From Octopus sinensis (Eukaryota): a stretch of DNA of 64,000 nucleotides. This document shows positions 39,480 through 54,027 of the stretch, piece by piece. Position numbers and translations under genes: made by a program. The number at the start of each line of letters is the position of its first letter. Position 1 is the stretch's first letter. The stretch is from positions 9,176,001 through 9,240,000 of the forward strand of contig NC_043001.1 in assembly GCF_006345805.1 (NCBI RefSeq), in the 5' to 3' direction. The notes beneath the pieces were generated by a model that ran no database searches, was not told where the DNA came from, and saw only the letters and a list, made by a program, of their open reading frames with translations.

Positions 39480-40600
39480 ACTATAGAGTCCTGCAATCCA
39501 GTCTAGAAAGTGGATTGCATAACCATTTGGATGGTCCAATTCTAGCTCTAAATAATAACCAGTGGATTACTGTCCCTAGGTTGCCATGTATTTTCTTGTA
39601 TTCTTTAAGTACCAGCATGCTATATTCACTTACTATGTGAGTAACACACTCCAATTTTGACTTACATAACCTGCACTGGCAATCTACCTGGCCTTTGTCC
39701 ATCTTGGCTTTTATCAAATTAGTCCTCAATGCTTGATCCTCAGCTGCTGCTACTAACAGATATTCTGTATCACTTTTCAGCCTTCCTTTCTGCAACCATA
39801 ATCATTTCTCAGCACTGCTAGTTCCTGTAACTATCTTTGAGAATCTATCATGCAAAGCCTTCTCTTGCCAGTCCGATAATCTTTCTTCTTTTTCTGGATT
39901 TTAACTTCATTTGGCTTTTTTTAGTTTCCTTATGTCATACTTTGACTCTAGCAACACTTAATGAACTTTCCTCAGTATTACCCACTTATATCTACTGTAG
40001 CTAACTCCACGTAGTCTTCACTACCACCTTCCTTTCTAGGTTAGTTTAATCTTACTATCCTGCTCTCGGTTGGAGCTTCCCTTCATATTGAACTCCTTCA
40101 TAAGTCTGCTCATTCAGATTTTGTCCGATCTACAAAAGCGGTCGAATATCTAAGTAAAGATACTTCCCAAGTATTTACAACCTTCACTAGATTCGGACCA
40201 TTTAGCTTTGACTTCATTTGCTTCCTCACCTTTCTCATGTACTCCTCAATTTTCGTTTTCATTTCTATAGTTGGTACTTTGTAAAATTCTAATATTCCTA
40301 GATACTTCTTTCAGCAATTTTAACGTTCAGTCATCTGGAAATTGGTTGCCTTGGCTGTTGACTATATGTCTCCTTTTCCTGACTAATAATTATCTTTTAT
40401 CTATACCAAATTCCATACCTACATCTTTGCTGAAGAATTATTTTACAGTCTTTATTGGGGAATCGATCTCTTTTCTATTCTTACTAAAATGCTTCAGATC
40501 ATCCATGTAGAACAAATGGTTAAGTTTTCCTTTACTATTTCAGGACTCATTCCTTGCCTTTGCCTTGCCACAGTAAATATGCATTGTGTTATTTTTCCAG
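39480..40600 (-). mobile_element. Old R4/Dong-type LINE relic (RT to CCHC finger)
   Basis: LNHLFYMDDLK (RT active site), VGMEFGIDK, KSKLNGPNLVKVVNTW, WQEKALH, LKSDTEYLLVAA..CRLCKSKLECVTHIVS; many stops. Confidence 0.8.
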
Positions 40601-40772
40601 GATTTCTACTTCTTTAGTTCAAACGCCGGCATGTCCAAGTTCACTTTTCCTTCTTTGGTGTTGATAAGGTAAAGAACATGTGACATATTGGCGGCGATCA
40701 ACGTAATCTCTTAATCCAGTTCTCTTCGAATCCCTCTTGTACCTAAATTTGAAGCATACTTTTACGAAACAA

Positions 40773-40992
40773 GGCGGCGAGCTGGCAGAAACGTTAGCAT
40801 GCCGGGCGAAATGCGTAGCCATATTTCGTCTGCCGTTACGTTCTGAGTTCAAATTCCACCGAGGTCAACTTTGCCTTTCATCCTTTCGGGGTCGATAATT
40901 CAGTACCAGTTATGCACTGGCGTCGATGTAATCGACTTAATACCTCTGATTGTCCCCTCTATGTTTAGCCCCTTGTGGGCAATAAAGAGATA
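40773..40992 (+). mobile_element. Full SINE-A, tail a, perfect 17-bp TSD
   Basis: atacttttacgaaacaa at 40756-40772 and 40993-41009. Confidence 0.93.
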
Positions 40993-41789
40993 ATACTTTT
41001 ACGAAACAAACTATTGTTGAAAAGAAGCCCTGTTTGAAGGACAGAATCGATAAAAGATCGAACTTTATATATTCTAGTATTTACTTACGTCACCTTATGT
41101 CAGTCAGTGCAATTGCCGAAGTTATCGATTTCAACTTCCACTCCTTCGGGATCGATAATTATTTACATTTCAAGTATTCGAGTAGATTCAATCGATTAAT
41201 TCTTACCCACCAAATTTAATATCGATTGTGAACTTTAGAAACACTAATTATGTTTTAATTAAAGGCTACGTCGACTACCATATGATTTCCGCGTTCACCT
41301 GTAGATGTTGTAATTAGTTTTTAACCCCAGGTCATGTTTAAACGAGTTGATTACGATCAAGTTATGATCAAATTCATTCCCCTTATGACCCCTACCATCA
41401 TTTTAAAATTTAGTTTTTTATGCAATGAACTACTTTAAGCAATGTGTCCTCCATGTATCGAAGACTAAAAGTTCGAAAGGAATTGGGTTATATTTTCATT
41501 ACAAGAGTGACCAGGGACTCCAGCGTTAGCTCATACGTGTACATACTGAACAATGAATAACAACAATGGACAAACATTCCCATGATCAAAGCCGTCTCAT
41601 TCGAGAGTCTCCCTATTTTTTAAGACGTAATGAATTTCGAACTTTATTATTCTACATGATACCGTTGCTGGGACAACAGGGTGTGTTTGAAAAGGATTTT
41701 AATGCTATTTTCACTAGGTCTGGCTAAAATGTACAGATTCTATAGCTATATTTAAGCTTTAGAGGGTAAAAACCAATTCCATATACAAA

Positions 41790-42325
<536 letters not shown>

Positions 42326-42387
42326 TCCAAGAACTGGGCTATCGTCTAACTCTTGACCTCAAAACTACTGCCCTTTTACTTTCAAGC

Positions 42388-42580
42388 TGTTGCTGAAAAG
42401 TCCCTGGGTTTAGCTAAAAGAAAATACAGGAGGATCAGTTAATTATGATTTTATCCAACATATTCCCCTCTCGGATTCACACACTTATTGCAGGGATCCT
42501 TCAGTTTTTCTAAGTCCTATAAAAGAACTCGGAAGGTTGAGCGTCCAGCCAGGCCTTTTACGACACCCTTAAAGCCAAGA
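42388..42580. mobile_element. Mariner-derived MITE
   Basis: Left gctgaaaagtccctgggttt, right cttaaagccaagaa (truncated TIR); TIR family similar to the 12990 end. Confidence 0.6.
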
Positions 42581-42652
42581 ATGTGTGTGTGCGTGTGCGT
42601 GCGTGTATCTGTACGTGTGTTTATGTATGTATAGATTTGTGACAAATTTAAG

Positions 42653-43246
42653 CCGGCGAGCTGGCAGAAACGGTAGCACGCAGGGCGAAATACTTAGCCG
42701 TATTTCGTCTGTCGTTACGTTCTGACCTCAAATTCCACCGAGGTCGACATTGTATTTCATCCTTTCGGAGTCGATAATTTAAGTACCACTTGCTTATTAG
42801 GGTCTATCTAATCGACTGTTCCCTCTCCCAAAATTTCCGGCCTTGTGCCTAGAATCGAAACGTATAGTTTTGACGACTTTTTTTGTTAACCTTCCATATT
42901 GTACTATACTTAGGTGCGTAACTGGTACTTAATTTATCGTTCCTCGAAATGATGAAAGGCAAAGTCGACCTCGGTGGAATTTGAACTCAGAATGTATAGA
43001 CAAACAAAATACCTATTTCTTTACTGCCCACAAGGGGCTAAACACAGAGGGGACAAACAAGGACAGACACACGGATTAAGTCGATTGCATCGACCCCAAT
43101 GCGTAACTGGTACTTATTTAATCGACTCCGAAAGGATGAAAGGCAAAGTCGATCTTGGCGGAACTTGAACTCAGAGCATAGAGACAGACAAAATACCGCT
43201 AAGCATTTCGCCCGGCGTACTAAACTTTCTGCGATCTCGCCGCCTC
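42653..43246. mobile_element. SINE-A (+, tail b, 42653-42865) facing a SINE-A dimer (-, 42913-43246)
   Basis: Minus dimer junction tail a..aaagaaata|ggtattttg at ~43013. Confidence 0.85.
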
Positions 43247-43509
43247 ACTTCACCACCTTTTATTGATCCAGAAATGGTGAAGGATGTGAATGACTTCAAC
43301 AGGATTCGAACTAAGAACGTAACAAGTACGTAACACACATTATGAGCCTCTAACGATTGCACCAATTCGCCGCTTCTTATTTCTAATCCGAATGTTAATG
43401 ACTCCATCCACTGCTTTAAATATTTAAACTCCAGCTTTTAACGATGAAGTTAGATTGTAATCGAGTGCTACTGTATACTTTAAAGTACTCACCCACTAAA
43501 AATAGTGAT

Positions 43510-43703
43510 TTAATAGTAACAACAACAAAAATAATAACAACAATAATAATAATAATAACAACAACCACAACAACAACAACAACAATAATAATAATAATAA
43601 CAGTAATAATAATAATAATAATAATAAAAAAAACATTACTAATAATAGTAATAATAATAATAATATTAATAATAACAACAACAATACTAAAAATAGTAAT
43701 AAC

Positions 43704-43764
<61 letters not shown>

Positions 43765-43773
43765 TTACTAATA

Positions 43774-43818
<45 letters not shown>

Positions 43819-43854
43819 GTAATAATAATAATAATAACAAAAACAATACTAATA

Positions 43855-43911
<57 letters not shown>

Positions 43912-43949
43912 TTAATAATAACAACAACAATACTAAAAATAGTAATAAC

Positions 43950-43995
<46 letters not shown>
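43510..43995 (+). repeat. (AAT)n array with higher-order internal duplication
   Basis: attaataataacaacaacaatactaaaaatagtaataac block recurs at ~43665 and ~43910. Confidence 0.95.
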
Positions 43996-44214
43996 CGAAA
44001 AGGAAATTCGTTTTCATGTAGCCTTTCTTGTTGAAGTTGTGTTTTTACTTTGTGTTGTTATTGTTGCAGTTTTCTTTTTTTTCTGTAATTGTTTTTCCCT
44101 CATGTTTTTCAAGTGATCACATGACTTCTCTTATTCTTCCTTCCAAAACAATTCAGATTACTTTCCCACGAGACTTGATTTATCAACAATTCTTTAAGCT
44201 GTATTCGTTATTCT

Positions 44215-44459
44215 TATCATCATCATCATCATCATCATCATCAACCCCGCCTCCATCATCATCACAATCATCATCATTATTGTTGTTGCTTTGTTGGTAT
44301 TATCATCATCATCATCATCATCATTATTATTATTATAATTATTATTATTATTGCTATTATTATTATTATTGTTATTATTATTATTATTATTATTACTATT
44401 ATTATTATTATTATTATTGCTATTATTATTATTATTGCTATTATTATTATTATTATTGC

Positions 44460-44492
<33 letters not shown>

Positions 44493-44593
44493 CATTATTA
44501 TTATTATTATTATTATTGCTATTATTATTATTATTATTATTATTGCTATTATTATTATTATTATCATTATTATCATTATTATTATTATTATTA

Positions 44594-44633
<40 letters not shown>

Positions 44634-44685
44634 GCTATTATTATTATTATTATTATCATTATTATTATTATTATCATTATTATTA

Positions 44686-44740
<55 letters not shown>
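44215..44740 (+). repeat. (ATC)n then (TTA)n array
   Basis: Read directly; inverted relative to 43510-43995. Confidence 0.95.
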
Positions 44741-45206
44741 CGCTAGTACGATTTGTATGTTTTCCCTCCTTTATTGTTCTGCTTCAAGAAGTCCGCTAAA
44801 ATATGGATTAGTTACTTAATTACAGCGCAGCTGTTTGTTGTGTGGTCTCTCTCATTCCAAAGATGCAAATCTGCTTTCTCGTCTAATTACTCGGAAGAAA
44901 CTATCTATTTATTTCTCGCAGTGGTGGTGGTGGTGCTTGTGGTGGTGGTAGTATTAGTAGTAGTGGTGGTGGTGTTGGTGATGGTGCAGCATGATAGTTC
45001 ATTTGAGTGTAGGTTATCTGACTATGTTGTAGATATACAGGTGTACATATATATATATATATAATATGTGTGCGTGTGCGTGTGTGTGTATGTATGCATG
45101 TATGTATGTATATTTTTTATTCTTTTACTTGTTTCAGTCATTTAACTGGGGGCATACATACATAGGTATATGTATATATATATGATAACAAATTAATAAA
45201 TAAAAC

Positions 45207-45256
<50 letters not shown>

Positions 45257-45284
45257 CATATACATACACACATACATATGTATC

Positions 45285-45322
<38 letters not shown>

Positions 45323-46190
45323 CACATATGTTAACATACACATATATGTATGAGTGTGTGCGTGCGTGTGTGTGTGTTTACATATGTACATAAACAGATA
45401 TATACATACATACAAGAACCACTAGAAGGCGTTCTCTGATAGAGATGTTTGATAAACCTACGAGATTATGCTTTTTTACCATACAAATACATTTAACCAC
45501 GTCACGGAAATTATGAACTCTGCTGAAGCCACGTTGATTTTTTTTCTTTATGTCTAGACAAGCAAATCTTTCCGACCAGTTTCTGCGGCGGATTACTTCA
45601 TCGGTGATATTTTACTAATTTACATAACCACAGAGAGAATGGTTGCTAATAGTGATTAATAATATATGCAAATTTGATTAATACTAAATTGGTGTGCATT
45701 AACTTAATGAGCAGTTTAGGGAGTTTGTAACGTGAAGTAATGATCTCATAAAAGCATTTAATGTTATTATGTTATACAGGGGTGAAATGCAACCGTGCGA
45801 TTATGCACTTTTAGTAATCCGCAAATTTCAGTCACATTCCGAAAAGCAGAGAAAATCGATTAACGCTTTTTCCGCCTTTGGCCAAAATATGTATTGAGCT
45901 GATAAATTTCAGGCCTTCGTATTATAGCATAACAACCGGCGCAAGGCCTCAAATTTATTGTGAAACACTTAACTCTCTTCATATTTTTCTCCCTTTCACC
46001 AAAATACGTATTGAGCAAGGCCTTAAATTTATTGTGACACTCTTAAATCTCTTCACTCTTACTCTGTCACTTTCCACCTCTACCTCTTTTCACCTCTACT
46101 CTACCTGCCCTTGCTTGCCTTCCTTGTATCTTTCTCTTCTCTCTCTTTCACTCAGTCTCCCCACTCCCTCTGTTCTTTCGTCTTTTCTCC

Positions 46191-46252
<62 letters not shown>

Positions 46253-46254
<2 letters not shown>

Positions 46255-46484
46255 TTCTTTACTACCCACAAGGGGCTAAACACAGAGGGGACAAACAAGG
46301 ATAGACAAACGGATTAATTCGATTATATCGACCCCAGTGCGTAAGTGGCACTTATTTAATCGACCCCGAAAGGATGAAAGGCAAAGTCGACCTTGGCGGA
46401 CTTTGAACTCAGAACGTAGCGGCAGACGAAGTACCGCTAAGCATTTCGCCCGGCGTGCTAACGATTCTGCCATCTCGCCGCCTT
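46253..46484 (-). mobile_element. Full SINE-A, tail a, inside a (CTAT)n array
   Basis: (CTAT)n on both flanks. Confidence 0.92.
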
Positions 46485-46486
46485 CC

Positions 46487-46548
<62 letters not shown>

Positions 46549-46935
46549 CATTCTTTCCTTCTCCCTATAGTTCACCTTCCCAATCTCGTGACCAGTGTCC
46601 GGTGAAGGTGATGTTGTTCCTTTTCACCCTGCCTTTGACCAGACTGGTCATGCTGGTCTGGGCTCCCGTTACGTCAATTAGGATTCACTGCATTTCACCT
46701 TGCGCAGCTCGACTTAGTTCGTTCGATAGCTGCAAACCTCTTTGTATTGCACTTTTGGACTTTTTATAATTATTATTTTTCTTCTGTTATATATGGCTGT
46801 ACATCTTTGTGCTGTTATATAAGCATAATTCTTCGTCTGTTGTATTTATATAATGTCTTGTTTGTTTCTGTCTCATTAAATCATTCGCTAGCTTTTTCCC
46901 AGTAGCTTAATAACAGCACCTACTCCTCCAAGATT

Positions 46936-46992
<57 letters not shown>

Positions 46993-47439
46993 CAAATAAA
47001 ATCTATAAGTTAAGGGACGGAATTGATAAAATGTGGGCCACATATGTCTCATAGGGAGCGAAACCTCGGAAGTAGTAAGCGAGGTATATAGCGCAGGCTA
47101 TTCTTGTGGCGAATGAAAAGCCTTCTTCTCTACTTAAACTGTGTTTTCCATGCATTCTGACCGAATATTCTGAATGTTAACGACGAAGTAAACTTCATAT
47201 CATCATGATACACTTGGCCTGAAGTGCAGACTCGTGTATACATGGCACTTGGATATTTGCCGGAAGTTAACTTTCTACCTACACCTCGCTCATTGGATTG
47301 TACTTTATATTACGCCAGATGGAAGTAATTCCTTACTTTGAAGAAAAGTTCTATTCTTTGCAGTGAGGATTTTTACAAACTTTTACAAGTCACGTGACCA
47401 CAGGCACGGAATTGTCTGTGTATTTCAAAAGCTCGCTCT

Positions 47440-47880
<441 letters not shown>

Positions 47881-48199
47881 TAAGTTAAAAGATAAGAGGT
47901 CATCATATATTGTGTGATTTGGGATTTTTAGTGACTTTCTGAGATTTATTGTTATCATCAGCTTTTTTGTTTGAGGGTTTGATGTCGAATATTGGCTTCG
48001 AATATTTCACAGAAGACCGGCTGTTTTTGAGGGGAAGGGTTATGTCAATTGCATCCACCCCAGTGTTCGACTGCAACTTACCCTGAAGTGATGAAAGACG
48101 AAGTTAACGTCAATGGTATTTGAACGAAATGCCGCTAAACAGATTTTCCGGCGTACTATCCATTTTGCCAGTTCTCCGCTTAAGGCTTGTCGAGCCCAG

Positions 48200-48810
48200 T
48201 GGTTTTAAATTTTGGCACAAGGCCAGCAATTTCTTGGGGGGGGGGGTAAATCTTTCATTTCGACCCCAGTACTCAACTGGTATTTATTTTATCGACCCCG
48301 AAAGAATGAAAGGCTAAGTCGACCTCGGCAGAATTTGAACACAGAACGTAGCGGCAGACGAAATACGGCTACGCACTTCGCCCGGCGTGCTAACGTTTCT
48401 GCCAGCTCGCCACATTTTTGGCATCTAATATTATTTCTTTATTTCTTTACTGCCCACAAGGGGATAAACACAAAGGGGACAAACAAGGACAGACAAACGG
48501 ATTTAGTCGATTACATCGACGCCAGTGCGTAACTGGTACTTATTTAATCGACCCCGAAGATTTCTTTATTTCCTTACTGCCCACAAGGGGCTATACACAG
48601 AGGGAACAAACAAGGACAGACAAACGGATTCAGTCGATTACATCGACGCCAGTGCGTAACTGGTATTTATTTAATCGACCCCGAAAGAATGAAAGGCTAA
48701 GTCGACCTCGGCAGAATTTGAACACAGAACGTAGCGGCAGACGAAATACGGCTACGCACTTCGCCCGGCGTGCTAACGTTTCTGCCAGCTCGCCACATTT
48801 TTGGCATCTA
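48200..48810 (-). mobile_element. SINE-A composite with ~140-bp internal duplication
   Basis: 48288-48426 is essentially identical to 48668-48810, including flank; tail b on one copy, doubled tail a on the other. Confidence 0.88.
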
Positions 48811-50338
48811 TTATTATTACCATCTTTACCTTGGTTGTGTTTCGGTGCTGTTGGATGAGATTATAAGCTTTCATTTCGCCACCAAAGAATATTTTCTCGA
48901 TTTGTTTTCACCGAAGTCATGCTTGCATTATAAGTTATATGTGTCTGGCGTGTGTATGGCACCTGACTGCCGTAGGTTAAGGAGTATAATGAAAAATTGT
49001 ATCGTGTATCTGTGTGTTGAGGTGTGTGTGTCTGTGTGTTTGTGTTTGTGTTTGTGAATGCATGTGTGTGTGTGTGTGTTTGGTTAGAAGCATGATCAAT
49101 CAAATATTTAATATTCAGAAAAAGTGAGGAAAACGAAATTAAAAATTGAGGTTCACCTGGGCTGATAGAATATGCGCCAGGAATTCCTCAGTGCAAGCAG
49201 CATTTATATGGTTTAAGTGAAATTTCTTATCCAAGACATGAAATATAGGTATACGTCAAAAACTGGTAATTTATATCGGAGGATCTTTGAGTGGAATGCT
49301 TTGATAATATCAAGAGAAAGAACATAGGTGTCGCCAAAGTTTTCTATGTTGTATCACTACTGATGCTGCTTGGCATAGAAAAACTTGGTTCCAGGTGACC
49401 AGTTATTCGGAACATATTGTAAGGTCGGAGTAAAAACTGTTTGCCAACATAACATGGCAAGCCTGGTTTAGGACGAATGTCGCTGTAATTTAGCCCCAGG
49501 AGACATCGTCTCCAGCTGGCTGTGCGACACGATCTGTGTCCTTATATTTTCAAACAAGGGAATCTAGCACCCCCACTAAACTCAAAACAATATCTGTGTA
49601 TCGCGAGGTAATGAAAAATAGTATCGTGTATCTGTGCGTTGAGGTATGTATGTGTGTGTATGTGAGTGTGTGTGTATGTGTGTGTGTGTGTTTGGTTAGA
49701 GGCATGATCAATAAACTAATATCTGGGCTCTCCATGGATTACGACGATGGATATTCCTGTAAGAAGTACGTTTGAATAATTTTATTCAATGCCACCCGTT
49801 TCCATATAAAAATCGGCCCCTTCTCTATCGCAACACGAACTCTCCCATCGACCATAAAATTTTGGAGTTTATCCAACTTTATATGAGGTCATCTCTATAT
49901 AAACCAGCGCTCTCCTAAAACTTCATGCTCGGCGACTTGATGATCTCCTGGTCCTAATGCCTCTCCCGCACCAACACATCTGACGAGAATTTATCCTTTG
50001 CCTTTTACGTGTTTAAGTCATTAAAGAGAGGCCTTGCTGGAGCGCCGCCTTAAAGGGTTTTAGCCGAAAAAAAACACTCTCTTATGCCGAACAGCTAAGT
50101 TACAGGGACATAAACAACCTATACTTCAGTAGGGCAAGTGACTGCGTAATTGTCCCATCTGAGGTCTTATTACGGTAAACAGTGATGAGAACACATACTA
50201 ACTCAAAGACACACACACACGTTAGAAATAAATAATGAACGAGCAAAACATGCGGCGTCACTTTAGAGCATGTAATTTAACCACTAAGCCACGAGCCTTC
50301 ACTTTAAGACTACAGAGTTAATATTCTCTTCATATAAG

Positions 50339-51510
50339 GCGGCGAGCTGACAGAAACGTTAGCACGCCGGGCGAAATGCGTTGCCGTATTTCGTCTGCTG
50401 TTAATTTGCCTTTCATCCTTTCGGGGTCGATTAAATAAGTACTAGTTACGCACTGGAGTCGATATAACCGACTTAACCCGTTTGTCTGTCCCTGTTTGTC
50501 CTCTCTGTGTTTAGCCCCTTGTGGGTAGTAAAGAAATAGGTACTTCGTCTGCCGCTACGTTGTGAGTTCAAGTTCCGCCGAATCGACTTTGCCTTTCATC
50601 CTTTCGGGGTCCATTAAATAAGTACTAGTTACGCACTGGGGTCGATATAATCGATTTAATCAGTTTATCTGTCCTTGTTTGTCCTCTCTGTGTTTAGCCC
50701 CTTGTGGGTAGTAAAGAAATAGGTATTTAGTTTGTCTTTACGTTCAGAGTTCAAATTCCGTCGAGGTCGACTTTGCCTTTCATCCTTTCGGGGTCGATAA
50801 ATTAAGTATCAGTTACGCACTGGGGTCGATGTAATCGACTTAATCCGTTTGTCTGTCCTTGTTTCTCCTTTCTGTGTTTAGCCCCTTGTGGGTAGTAAAG
50901 AAATAGGTATTTCGTCGGCCGCTACCTTCTGAGTTCAAATGCCACCGAGGTTGACTTTGCCTTTCATCTTTTTGGGGTCGATAAAATAAGTACCAGTTCG
51001 GTACTGGTATCGATATAATCGACTGACTCCATCCCCAAAAGATTCCGGGTCTTGTGCCTAGACTAGAAAAGAATTATTTTCCTTTCTCTAAAGGCGGCGA
51101 TCTGGCAGAAACGTTAGCACGCCGGCCGAAATGCTTAGCTACTACGTTCTGAGTTCAAATTCCACCGTGGTCGACTTTGCCTTTCATCCGTTCGGGGTGG
51201 ATAAATTAAGTACCAGTTACGCACTAGGATCGATGTAATCGACTTAATCCCTTTGTCTGCCCTTGTTTGTCCCCTCAATATGTAGCCCCGTGTGGTCAGT
51301 AAAGAAATAAGAAACGTTAGCACTTCGGGCGAAATGCTTAGCGTTATTTCGTCTGCCTTTACATTCTGAGTTCAAATTCCGCCGAGGTTGATTTTACCTT
51401 TCATTCTTTTGGGGTCGATAAATTAAGTACCAGTTGCTTAATGTGGTCGATCTAATCGACGGATCCCCCTCCTCTAAAATTTTGGGCCTTGTGCCTTGAG
51501 TAGAAAAGAA
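50339..51510 (+). mobile_element. Nested SINE-A arrays: head-(body+tail a)x3-body+tail b, then head-body-tail a-body-tail b
   Basis: Junctions at ~50539, 50722, 50906 (aaagaaata|ggta) and ~51310 (aaagaaataa|gaaacgttag). Confidence 0.92.
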
Positions 51511-52079
51511 CATTCTCTGCATGTAGAGGAAGAAGAGAGTGTGAGTAGCGTATAAATTAATCGAGTCTGTGTTTAGCAGGAGCCGACCGAGCTGCAAACG
51601 AGGCAGAATTTCAGTAAATCAAAATACTAAGAATGGAAATTAATTGTTAGTTAATATATTCAACACATGCTTTAATTAATAAGTTATTTTAGGAACATAA
51701 AACGCGAAACGATTAATCTCTATGACAGAGAGAGAGAAAGAACGTGAGTGAAGAGACGGAGAATGTGTATTAGAAAAAGAGAGAGTGGGAACAGCAATAT
51801 AGAATGAACAGAACGGTGTAAGTTGAAAATGGGGAAAAACGATAGCTGCAGCAATCGCAGTAGTGACGTGCTTCCGTTATCTGGCTTTCCTTTGTTTGTT
51901 GACCCAACTGGAGCACCACCTTGGTTCTTCAGCCTTTCCTCATACAACACCTACACGGAACACCATTTAGGAAAGAGACGTCATTAATGATGTTGTTAGT
52001 TTGGTTTCATTACGTCTGTTTGTGTTTGTTAGACGTGTGTAGGAGATATATCCTTCTTGGGATGTCGTAGTAAATCTCT

Positions 52080-52595
52080 GGCGGCGTGGTTTTGTGGGTA
52101 GGGGTATTCGGCTCGCGATTGTGAGGCCGTCGGTTCGAATCCTGTTTGGTGCGTTCTACTCCTCGAGCAAGACACTTTATTTCACATTGCCCAGATCATA
52201 CAGCTGACAAAAATGAAAAGTGAAGTACTTGTATTTCAAACGGACAGCCTCACCAAATTCTGTGTTATGCTGAACCCGAAACCATGTGGTTGGTAAGTAA
52301 GCTAGCTACTCACCACACTGCGCCTCACTGGCACAACACCATTAATTTTGAGGGGAGGGGCCAGTCGATTACACTAACTTGAGCGCTCGGTCGACCTCGA
52401 AGAGAGGAAAGACAAAGTTTACCTCGACGGAATTTCAACTCAGAATGTGAAGAGCTGAATGAAAAGTTGAAATATTTTTAATATTTTAATTCTGTGGATT
52501 TTTCAACTACCTGCACGTTAATTTCACAAGCTGGCTGTACCGCTGATCGGATCAACTGGAACGCTCATCGTAGTAACTGATGGAGAACCAGTTAA
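52080..52595 (+). mobile_element. Old tRNA/CORE-like SINE with tail g, interrupted by SINE-B and SINE-A fragments
   Basis: gttcgaatcc..gagcaagacacttt..gtatttcaaa and 52510-52595 match tail g at 63030-63215. Confidence 0.55.
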
Positions 52596-54027
52596 AACAA
52601 AAAGACTTAATGCTCTGGGAGGAAAAACTTTATTGATGGTAGCTTGTGGCAGGAATAACCGAGTTATTTGCCTGTTAGGATTATATTTCATTTTACGGAA
52701 TTTGTTTCATGGAAAAAGTTGATGTCGAAACGATAGCTCCCACCAAAAATAATCCATCCTTGATCATCATGTCTTTTTCTTAGACATAATACATCTAGAA
52801 CTACATCATCTAATGTGCGCTTCCTTTCCTTTAGACAGTAAGTTTTGATGTGAGGGCTATTTGGCTGTTATTCATAGGAGAACAAGTGACTGCGTATTGG
52901 CTCCCTCTAACTATATGAGGTTATCTATTAGGTTCAGATTTTTTTTCTTTGCTAAAATTGTCTTGTATGATTGTTTTACATAAGTTGTGTGTAATATTTC
53001 TGGTTATTCGGTGGTGGAAGCGTCAGCACGCCGGACAAAATACTTTGTGGCATTTCATCCGTCTTTACTTTCTGGTTTCAAATTCCGCTGAGGTCGACAT
53101 TGCTTTTCAACTTTTGAGGTCGAATTAAGAAATACCAGTTGAGTACTAAGGTCGGTTTAATCGGCTTACCCTATTCCCGGAACTTGCTGGCGTCGTACCA
53201 GCATTTCAGACCAATATTTTAATTGTTCAGACACCCCCTCCCCTCCACTGATTTGTGCATTGCAGCATGGGAAAGAAATAAATAAAAAAAGCCTGGGTTA
53301 TAATCATCTCTTTCTGACCTGCTAATCGATTATCTAACAAAATCAATCACTTATTGTCAACATGTTGGCGTACGGCCGAATACCATTGAAAATTCTGGTT
53401 GAATCTCAACTTATGATGATTTATTTCTGCTGGAAGAATTTCAGAAAGATTACCTCCTTTTGAAAGAAAATAGCGATAGCAGAACATTAGTTCGGGTTCT
53501 GTAGAAACTGGTTTTGTTTCTCACCATTTCGGCTTTAATAGACTATCGATAATATATTGGGGAACTGGGTTGAAGATAGGCTTGCTTCTATGAATATTGA
53601 TTTCTGACAGAGACAATGCCTCACATTTGAAGGGTGAATATAGCCGATTGAGTCTATCTCAGCACTTGAGTGGTACTAGTTCTGTTTATCAAAGCTGGAT
53701 TTATGAAAGTTAGCCTCAGAAGCATTAGAAATTAGAATGTGGATTAGATTCAGATGGTAAAAGACACCACAAGGTATGTTGTCGAACTCATTAATGTCTT
53801 GCCATTCTATCGTTCTCCTCAATATATTAACTGCTTTATTATCAAGATAGATTTATAGTAAGTTGGAAGAAATAAATATTAAGGAGAAATGTATCTTTGA
53901 ATATTGTCTACAGAAATGGTATTCCTCATTGGAAACAGTATCGGGATTTTTTTCTCATTCTTTGAATTCTAAATGAACTGAAGTTGTCCTGTTGTAAGTC
54001 CTGAGAGAACACATCGTAGCGGCTTTA

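Noticed and set aside
46190-46550. SINE-A in (CTAT)n as proof that it shares the Tx1 GATA target
   Set aside because: Its sense strand is flanked by (GATA)n, whereas the LINE sense strand is flanked by (TATC)n; opposite polarity.
49770-50000. Second mariner transposase relic
   Set aside because: Only a vague resemblance; no motif could be read with confidence.
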